NCBI GenBank assembly: GCA_963777605.1
Contig: CAVZRV010000007.1
Span: forward strand, 800,001-864,000
Source: an uncultured Acidobacteriota bacterium
Lineage (GTDB): Bacteria; Acidobacteriota; UBA6911; RPQK01; JAPXNP01
DNA length: 64,000 bases
Direction of reading: 5' to 3'
The translations under genes were made by a program, and so were the position numbers. Below the pieces are notes generated by a model. That model worked only from the letters and a program-made list of their open reading frames with translations. It was not told the origin of the DNA and did not search any database. This document shows positions 57,801-64,000 of the stretch, piece by piece; the first letter of the stretch is position 1, and each line of letters begins with the position of its first letter.

Positions 57801-59615
57801 GTGATGATTAAAAGAGCACTGCTAGTTTTGACGTTCTTCGTCGGAGTGAGCACATCCTCCCTTCCGGCTCAGTCAGTTGAGTTCATGCCTCTGTCCGCGG
57901 TGAAACCCGGACTCAAAGGAGTAGGGAAGACCGTGTTCCGTGGGACTACGGTCGAGGAATTCGACGTAGAGATCCTGGGTGTCCTCGACAAGGTCGGTCC
58001 TCAACAGAGCATCATCCTCGCCCGGCTGTCCGGACCCAAGGTGGATGAGTCGGGAGTCTTCGCCGGAATGAGCGGAAGCCCGGTCTATATTGATGGAAAG
58101 CTGGTCGGTGCCGTCGCTTATGCTTTTTCGTTCGCAACCGCCCCGATCGCCGGAATCACTCCGATTCAGGAGATGGTGGATGTTTTAAAAGAAAACGATC
58201 CCGGTTCGATGCACATGGTGCGGCAGTTCAGTCCCGCCGGGTTTTACCAGGCTATTTCCGCCCGGGGCTGGCCGAATACTTCGGACGGGACCTCGATCGA
58301 AGTGGCGGGATCCTTCCCGAATCTCCGGCAGTTCGGGCGGTTGATGCCGATTCAGACACCGATCAGCCTCTCCGGAATGACCTCCGATTCGCTGGATCCC
58401 TTCTCCAGGGCGTTCAACTCCCTGGGATGGATGCCGGTCTTTGGAGGCGCCGCCTCCTCCAATACCGATTGGGCCGACACCCCCCTCGGACCCGGTTCAA
58501 CCGTCGCGGTTCAACTGGTTCGAGGTGATATGGAGGTTGCCGCCAGCGGTACCGTCACCTACGTCGACGGTGAGAAGGTCTACGCATTCGGACATCCCTT
58601 CCTCTCGGCCGGAAACACGGCCATGCCGATGGCCAAGGCTGCAGTGCTGGGCGTTATCCCAAGCCTGATGAACAGCCAGAAAGTTTCCGCCACCATCAAG
58701 TCCGTGGGGATGATCAAGCAGGATCGAGCCACCGGGATCATGGGAATTACGGGCGAGGAACCGAAGCTGGTACCGGTCAAATTGAAAATGACGACCAGCC
58801 GGGGAGAGATCCGCGAGTTCTCCTACGAAGTTGTCAGTGACAACTTCCTGACCCCGTTCCTGGTCGCGATGACGGTTCAGAACAGCATCCTCTCGTCGGA
58901 ACGCTCCATTGGCGATCAGACCATCCAGATGAAATGCCGGATTTCACTCAAGGACCAGCCGGAGGTCACCTTCGAAAACAGTGCCTCCGACATGTCCGGC
59001 TCCTCCGCCCTCGCCGCCCTGGCGGCTGCGGCTCCAGTGAACTTCATCCTGTCCAGTGGGTTCGAGAACGTAGTCCTGCAGGAAATCAATGTGGACATCG
59101 TTGCCTCGGAAGACACTCGCGAGACCGTACTCGAGAAGGTCTGGCAGGACGAGGTGGAAGCCAAACCGGGTGAGGAGGTAGGGATTACTGTCTTCCTGCG
59201 CAAACCAAGTGGTGAGGTCACCGCCGAGCGCTACCCGGTCAAGATCCCCGAAGGCCTTCCGCCTGGACCACTCAAGGTGCTCATCGGTGACGGCACGTCG
59301 ATCACGCAGATGGACGCCAAAGCGGACGATGCACAGTTCATCCCGAAGGACCTCGGTCAATTGGTTCGCGCGATCAACAACCTGAAGAAGAACGACCGGC
59401 TGTACATCCGGTTGTTTCGAGAGCAGGAGGGAGCGGTCATCGGGGGAGAAGGCCTGCCCGGACTTCCCCCTTCGGTACTCGCGCAGTACAACTCGAAGAA
59501 GACAACGGGAGACGTCATCCCGATCCGCATGGTTGTATTTGCGGAACATGAGCTCCCGCCGACTGATTCCGTCGTTTCCGGTCAGAAAGTCATCCAATTC
59601 CAGATCGAAGGTTAG
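57801..59615 (+). CDS. Secreted SpoIVB-type peptidase S55 domain protein
   Basis: Signal peptide; EEFDVEILG, AGMSGSPVYIDGKLVGAV, GTVTYVD..VYAFGHPF. Confidence 0.85.
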   Translation: MMIKRALLVLTFFVGVSTSSLPAQSVEFMPLSAVKPGLKGVGKTVFRGTTVEEFDVEILGVLDKVGPQQSIILARLSGPKVDESGVFAGMSGSPVYIDGKLVGAVAYAFSFATAPIAGITPIQEMVDVLKENDPGSMHMVRQFSPAGFYQAISARGWPNTSDGTSIEVAGSFPNLRQFGRLMPIQTPISLSGMTSDSLDPFSRAFNSLGWMPVFGGAASSNTDWADTPLGPGSTVAVQLVRGDMEVAASGTVTYVDGEKVYAFGHPFLSAGNTAMPMAKAAVLGVIPSLMNSQKVSATIKSVGMIKQDRATGIMGITGEEPKLVPVKLKMTTSRGEIREFSYEVVSDNFLTPFLVAMTVQNSILSSERSIGDQTIQMKCRISLKDQPEVTFENSASDMSGSSALAALAAAAPVNFILSSGFENVVLQEINVDIVASEDTRETVLEKVWQDEVEAKPGEEVGITVFLRKPSGEVTAERYPVKIPEGLPPGPLKVLIGDGTSITQMDAKADDAQFIPKDLGQLVRAINNLKKNDRLYIRLFREQEGAVIGGEGLPGLPPSVLAQYNSKKTTGDVIPIRMVVFAEHELPPTDSVVSGQKVIQFQIEG

Positions 59616-59630
59616 TCTGAGGTTATTCTG

Positions 59631-61829
59631 ATGCCCATCTTACGCCGTGCCTCACTCCCGGCGGCATGCCTGCTTATCCTGTCGCTTGCCTCTCTGTTTG
59701 CTGTTCACCCGACCCATCGAATCACGGCCGGGGCGGACGAATTTCTCAAGGGTGACTTTGACGGCGTCTCCCTCAGCAGTGATGGGCGCCTCACCCTCGC
59801 TCCCGCGCTCAAAGAGGTCCTCGACACCAAAGAAGCCTTCATCCACTCTGCGGTCGTCAGTTCCGGAGGAGTCATCTTTGTCGGGACCGGGGCCAACGGG
59901 AAGGTCTTTCGCATCCAGCCCGACGGATCCGGGGGCGAATGGGCAAAGTTCGATGAGCCGGCGATCTACGCGATGACAGTTGATAAGCAAAATCGCGTCT
60001 ACGTAGGCACTTCCCCGGACGGCAAAGTGTACCGAATGTCGGCCGACGGCAAACCTGAGGCCTTCTATGATCCAGGTGAGAAGTTCATTTGGGACCTCAC
60101 CTTCGATGATCAGGGGAACCTGTTCGTCGCCACCGGGCCACGGGGCATCATCTACAAGGTAACCCCGGAAGGCAAAGGAACGACCTTCTTCGACAGCGAG
60201 GAAACCCACATCGTCCGACTTGTCTGGGACCTGGACAAGAATCTCCTGGCAGGCAGTGCTCCGGGAGGACTCCTCTTTCGGATCACGCCCGACGGTCGTC
60301 CTTCCGTGCTGGTCGATTCTCCCCTCGACGAGTTCAAAGCCATCGCCGTGGACCGTTATGGCAACGTTTACGCGGGAGCCCTTTCCGGAGGGCTGACGGT
60401 AACGGCATCGGCAACCGCGACCTCCACTTCGAAAAGTCCCGGGAGCAACGACTCAGAGGTTGAGTCTACGGTGACCGTGTCGGGGAGCTCCAAAGGAGGC
60501 AAGCTGGAGGTCTACCGGATTAGCCGGGAGCGGATGGTGGAGAAGATTTACGCATCGGATGATGAACTGGCCTTCGACCTTCTGGTACGCAGCGACGGCA
60601 CCGTGCTTCTCGCCACCGGCAACCGGGGCAGGGTCATATCCATAGACCGCAACGGATTTTCCACGCTTGTGGTCGACACCAAGGAAGAACAGGTCACTCG
60701 GATATTCGAGCAGGGCACCTCCCTGCTGGCCTTCACGAGTAACCTGGGCAAGGTTTTCCGGATCAACGCGGAAACGGCCTCGAAGGGCACTTACGAATCA
60801 GATCCATTCGACACTAAGGTCACGTCGCAATGGGGAACCTTGCGGTGGCGTCTGGTGACACCGGTCGATCCGGCCACGGTACGCCTCTACGCCCGTTCCG
60901 GAAATACCGCCAAGCCGGACCGGACCTGGGGGGATTGGACCGGTCCCTACACGGAAGCAGCCGGGAGCGCGATCAAAGCTGAGTCCGCCCGGTATTTTCA
61001 GTGGAAGATCGAGTTTGAGCCCGGCGCCCGAACGACGGCCCTGCTATCTGATCAGAACGGTGTCGATCTCGTGACGGTGACTTATCAGCAGCGAAATGTT
61101 GCGCCGCAGGTCTCGGAACTGACCGTCCTGTCCCCGGGCGTCGCTCTCCTTAAGACTCCAACCAACCCATCGGGGGGAGTCGCCCCAGGCGGACCTGACG
61201 GGGCCCACGCCCGCACCCTGCCTCCGGCGATTCGGGACCTGGAGACTCCCAAGATGACGGCTCCCAGCCGAAAGGTATTCATTCCCGGCGCCCGGAGCTT
61301 CAAATGGAAAGCCAGCGACACGAACGATGACGTTCTTTCCTACTCGGTTCTCCTGAAGCGGGTGGACCAGGACGCCTGGACCCCGGTCGCGAAAGACCTC
61401 GACAGCGAGGAATTCACGCTGGATGGAGCCAGTTTCCCGGACGGAACTTATGTCGCCAAGGTCGTTGCCTCGGACCGGCTCAGCAACGCGGCGTCTGACT
61501 CACTCCAGTCAGAACTCGTCAGCAAACCGTTCGAGATTTCCAACTCGGTACCGGTCATCGAGTGGCAACCGGTCCAGGTCCAGGGAAAAGAAGCCCAGGT
61601 CACGTTTAGCGTCCGCAGTCCGGCAAGCTACCTCTACCAGGTGGAGTACTCCATCGACGGCGGGGACTGGCAGGTCGTCTACCCGGAGGAAGGGATCTGT
61701 GACAGCCCGGAGGAGCATTTCAGTTTCAAGATCGCGAACCTTCCCGCCAACAGCAAGACGCTGACGGTACGGGCTTCGGATACGACCGGGAACCTGGGTG
61801 TTTCTGCAACTTCCTTGCAGGGCCAGTAA
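59631..61829 (+). CDS. Secreted beta-propeller repeat protein with C-terminal Ig/Fn3-like domains
   Basis: Signal peptide; repeated D..G..(Y/F)V(G/A)T...GKVY(R/K) blades; W..W/ARYFQWK segment; EYSIDGGDW. Confidence 0.75.
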   Translation: MPILRRASLPAACLLILSLASLFAVHPTHRITAGADEFLKGDFDGVSLSSDGRLTLAPALKEVLDTKEAFIHSAVVSSGGVIFVGTGANGKVFRIQPDGSGGEWAKFDEPAIYAMTVDKQNRVYVGTSPDGKVYRMSADGKPEAFYDPGEKFIWDLTFDDQGNLFVATGPRGIIYKVTPEGKGTTFFDSEETHIVRLVWDLDKNLLAGSAPGGLLFRITPDGRPSVLVDSPLDEFKAIAVDRYGNVYAGALSGGLTVTASATATSTSKSPGSNDSEVESTVTVSGSSKGGKLEVYRISRERMVEKIYASDDELAFDLLVRSDGTVLLATGNRGRVISIDRNGFSTLVVDTKEEQVTRIFEQGTSLLAFTSNLGKVFRINAETASKGTYESDPFDTKVTSQWGTLRWRLVTPVDPATVRLYARSGNTAKPDRTWGDWTGPYTEAAGSAIKAESARYFQWKIEFEPGARTTALLSDQNGVDLVTVTYQQRNVAPQVSELTVLSPGVALLKTPTNPSGGVAPGGPDGAHARTLPPAIRDLETPKMTAPSRKVFIPGARSFKWKASDTNDDVLSYSVLLKRVDQDAWTPVAKDLDSEEFTLDGASFPDGTYVAKVVASDRLSNAASDSLQSELVSKPFEISNSVPVIEWQPVQVQGKEAQVTFSVRSPASYLYQVEYSIDGGDWQVVYPEEGICDSPEEHFSFKIANLPANSKTLTVRASDTTGNLGVSATSLQGQ

Positions 61830-61840
61830 AACGAACGGGG

Positions 61841-62557
61841 TCACAGCCCCCGCTCGTCCTCGTAGACGTCGATCTTCTGGAAGGAAAAAATGAGCAGGCG
61901 ATTGGGGCCGCTGTGCCCGCTGTCCAACAGACTGGCGCGCAACGTCGCATGGACGGCATTGAGCAGCGCCGGGCTTTTGGGATACTCCAGGACGCTGTCG
62001 ATCTCAACCTTGCCCTCGGAGTGCACCTCGGCGACCAGCGAGAGCGAGTCCTCGTAGGGCAACTTCCAGGCCGTGTTCATCAATTCCCGCAGTTCGCGCC
62101 GGTCTCCCCGCGCCTGTACACTCACAATCGCGTGGATCGGACTATTCGTCGAGGACACCGGGATCAGGACGAACGACAACGATTCGGTCCTCGCCGGGAC
62201 GAACTGGAATAAAACGAACAGAAACAGCACCAGCGCGAAAGGAGTCGCTGCCGCCCGGGAAAGGAGGACGCTCCAGTCCCAATCGCTGCGGTGCTGCCAA
62301 CTGCCTGCCAGGCCGCTCCAGGCCTGCTGCAACCACCCGACTCGGCTTCCGCGAATTGAGGCAAGCATCGTCCGGGCGGCGGAAACGGGGAAATGCGCCC
62401 GTTGGGCCAGCAGTTGCCGCACCACAGCAAACTCACGATGAAATTTGGCGCATCGGGCACAATGGAGCAGATGCGTCTCCATCGCGTTGACCTCCTGGCC
62501 CGGCAATCGTTCATCCAGAAACTCATGGATCTGGAGGCGAAATGTATTGCACCTCAT
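61841..62557 (-). CDS. Anti-sigma factor (zf-HC2/ZAS, TM, extracytoplasmic domain)
   Basis: HLLHCARC zinc motif, one TM, 4-nt overlap with the ECF sigma. Confidence 0.85.
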   Translation of the reverse strand: MRCNTFRLQIHEFLDERLPGQEVNAMETHLLHCARCAKFHREFAVVRQLLAQRAHFPVSAARTMLASIRGSRVGWLQQAWSGLAGSWQHRSDWDWSVLLSRAAATPFALVLFLFVLFQFVPARTESLSFVLIPVSSTNSPIHAIVSVQARGDRRELRELMNTAWKLPYEDSLSLVAEVHSEGKVEIDSVLEYPKSPALLNAVHATLRASLLDSGHSGPNRLLIFSFQKIDVYEDERGL

Positions 62558-63180
62558 AGGTCTTCACCTCCCTGGAAGACTCTCAGCATCTCCCTGAGTT
62601 GCTCGCGCGCCCGACCAATCCGGGATTTGACGGTGCCCAGGTTGACACCGGTCACCTCAGCGATCTCCTCGTACGTCAATCCTTCAACATCCCGAAGTAC
62701 AATCGCAACACGCTGCTCGAAGGGCAGTTTTCGAAGACCTTGCTCCAGAGCGCCACGCAATTCGCTGTTTAAGATATTCCTGGCCGGCGACGGGGACCGT
62801 CCTTCCACTTCCAGGGGACGCGGATCGTCAGCTGAGACCGGGACCGACAACGACACCGTCTGGCTTCTCCAGCACCTTTTCCACCACCGGTTCCGGTTCG
62901 CAATCTGATTGACTGTCACCCGGTAAAGCCATGTCTTGATGCAGCAGTCACCTCGAAAGCCACTCGCGTTGCGAAGGAGCGAGATAAAGACCTCCTGGGT
63001 GACATCCATCGACTCGGACTTGTCCACCAACAGCTTCAAAGAGAGGGTATAAACCATATCCTTGTAGAGGCGGAATACCTCCAGGAAGACAGATTCATCT
63101 CCTTCTCTAAGCCGCTCCAAGAACTGGTCCGCGGCCTCGAAAGTTGAATCGGAGGTGATGGAACGAGTCAGGCTCTCCAT
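62554..63180 (-). CDS. ECF sigma-70 factor (RpoE-like)
   Basis: DVTQEVF, FRG...KTWLYRV, LRDVEGLTYEEIA, GTVKSRIGRAR. Confidence 0.95.
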   Translation of the reverse strand: MESLTRSITSDSTFEAADQFLERLREGDESVFLEVFRLYKDMVYTLSLKLLVDKSESMDVTQEVFISLLRNASGFRGDCCIKTWLYRVTVNQIANRNRWWKRCWRSQTVSLSVPVSADDPRPLEVEGRSPSPARNILNSELRGALEQGLRKLPFEQRVAIVLRDVEGLTYEEIAEVTGVNLGTVKSRIGRAREQLREMLRVFQGGEDL

Positions 63181-63231
63181 AGAATCAGCCTCATCCTCCG
63201 TGGGCGCTTGGAAACCGATCTTCTCCCTATT

Positions 63232-63259
63232 TTAGACCACTGCAAAATGAAAAGGTTCC
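63232..63259 (-). promoter_or_regulatory. ECF (sigmaE-type) promoter, probably autoregulatory
   Basis: GGAACC-N16-GTCTAA 52 nt upstream of the ECF sigma start. Confidence 0.7.
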
Positions 63260-63307
63260 AGGATTTTCTGAAGGAGTTCACTCTCCAGCCGACCTGCGGG
63301 GAGTGTC

Positions 63308-64000
63308 TTACGCGCCGCTCGAGAGAATTTCGCGAACTCTGGAGGCAAGAGCCAGCCGGGTAAATGGCTTCTGGATGAAATTGACGCCCTCTTCGAGAAC
63401 GCCGTGCTGAGCGATGGCGCTGTCGGTGTAGCCCGACATGAAGAGGACGTGGATGCCGGGCCGATCCCGGCTGACTTCCTCTGCGACGATCTTCCCGCTG
63501 ACCGAAGGCAGGACCACATCGGTGAGCAGGAGATCGATATCGCCACTGTGGCTTCGGCTCAAGACCATCGCGTCTTCCGGCGTCGCCGCCTCAAGAACCT
63601 CGTAACCGAGTGCAACCAGTTCGTGAACCACGAGGCCTCGAACGTGGGCATCGTCTTCGACGACGAGAATGGTTTCAGCACCGCCGAGCTGGCTGATTTT
63701 GACAGGAGACTCTTCGGTGCCCAGGTCCACTTCGCCGGCGCTCGGCAGGTAGACCTTGAAGGTGGTTCCCTGACCGGGTTCGCTGTAAACCCATACGTTG
63801 CCGTTGGCCCGTTTGACGATTCCGTATACCGTCGACAAACCCAGCCCGGTTCCCTTGTCGCGGCTCTTGGTGGTGAAAAACGGTTCGAATATACGGCTCT
63901 GCGTATCTCGGTCCATGCCGATCCCGGTGTCACTGACGCCCAACATTACGTATCGTCCAGGTGTAACCCCCGGCTTGTGGGATGCGTATTCCGAATCGAC
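63308..64000 (-). CDS. Hybrid histidine kinase/receiver protein (CckA-like; C-terminal part only)
   Basis: DTGIGM, IFEPFFTTK, GTGLGL, GTTFKVYLP, REC ILVVEDD...LLTDVVLP...MSGY...KPF; 5' end lies beyond the window. Confidence 0.9.
   Translation of the reverse strand, partial: VDSEYASHKPGVTPGRYVMLGVSDTGIGMDRDTQSRIFEPFFTTKSRDKGTGLGLSTVYGIVKRANGNVWVYSEPGQGTTFKVYLPSAGEVDLGTEESPVKISQLGGAETILVVEDDAHVRGLVVHELVALGYEVLEAATPEDAMVLSRSHSGDIDLLLTDVVLPSVSGKIVAEEVSRDRPGIHVLFMSGYTDSAIAQHGVLEEGVNFIQKPFTRLALASRVREILSSGA

Overview
GC-rich bacterial core-chromosome segment, probably Acidobacteriota (inferred from the acidobacterial-type VWA protein, the zf-HC2 anti-sigma and the S55 peptidase/beta-propeller pair). 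It carries about 52 CDS and 2 tRNAs. Housekeeping genes are a frameshifted ntrY-like kinase with ntrX-like regulator, xerC, rpsO-pnp-larB-mutS2-dnaG-rpoD-tRNA-Ile2, cysS, groES/groEL with CIRCE, purC and smc, plus several sugar/redox enzymes. I saw no prophage, transposase or CRISPR array. The most notable signals are: (1) a family of small YTAG...CTAG-bounded palindromic elements (three 62-bp copies and two shorter relatives) sitting on the stop codons of convergent gene pairs; (2) a polyphosphate cluster (sixA-like, ppk1, CYTH-like/CHAD) with an orphan ParA ATPase directly downstream of the CHAD gene, a candidate polyP-granule positioning system; (3) a secreted SpoIVB-type S55 peptidase whose catalytic motifs appear circularly permuted, paired with a beta-propeller protein and facing an apparently autoregulated ECF sigma/anti-sigma pair; (4) several candidate leaderless genes. 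All product calls come from motif recognition by eye; no database searches were run.
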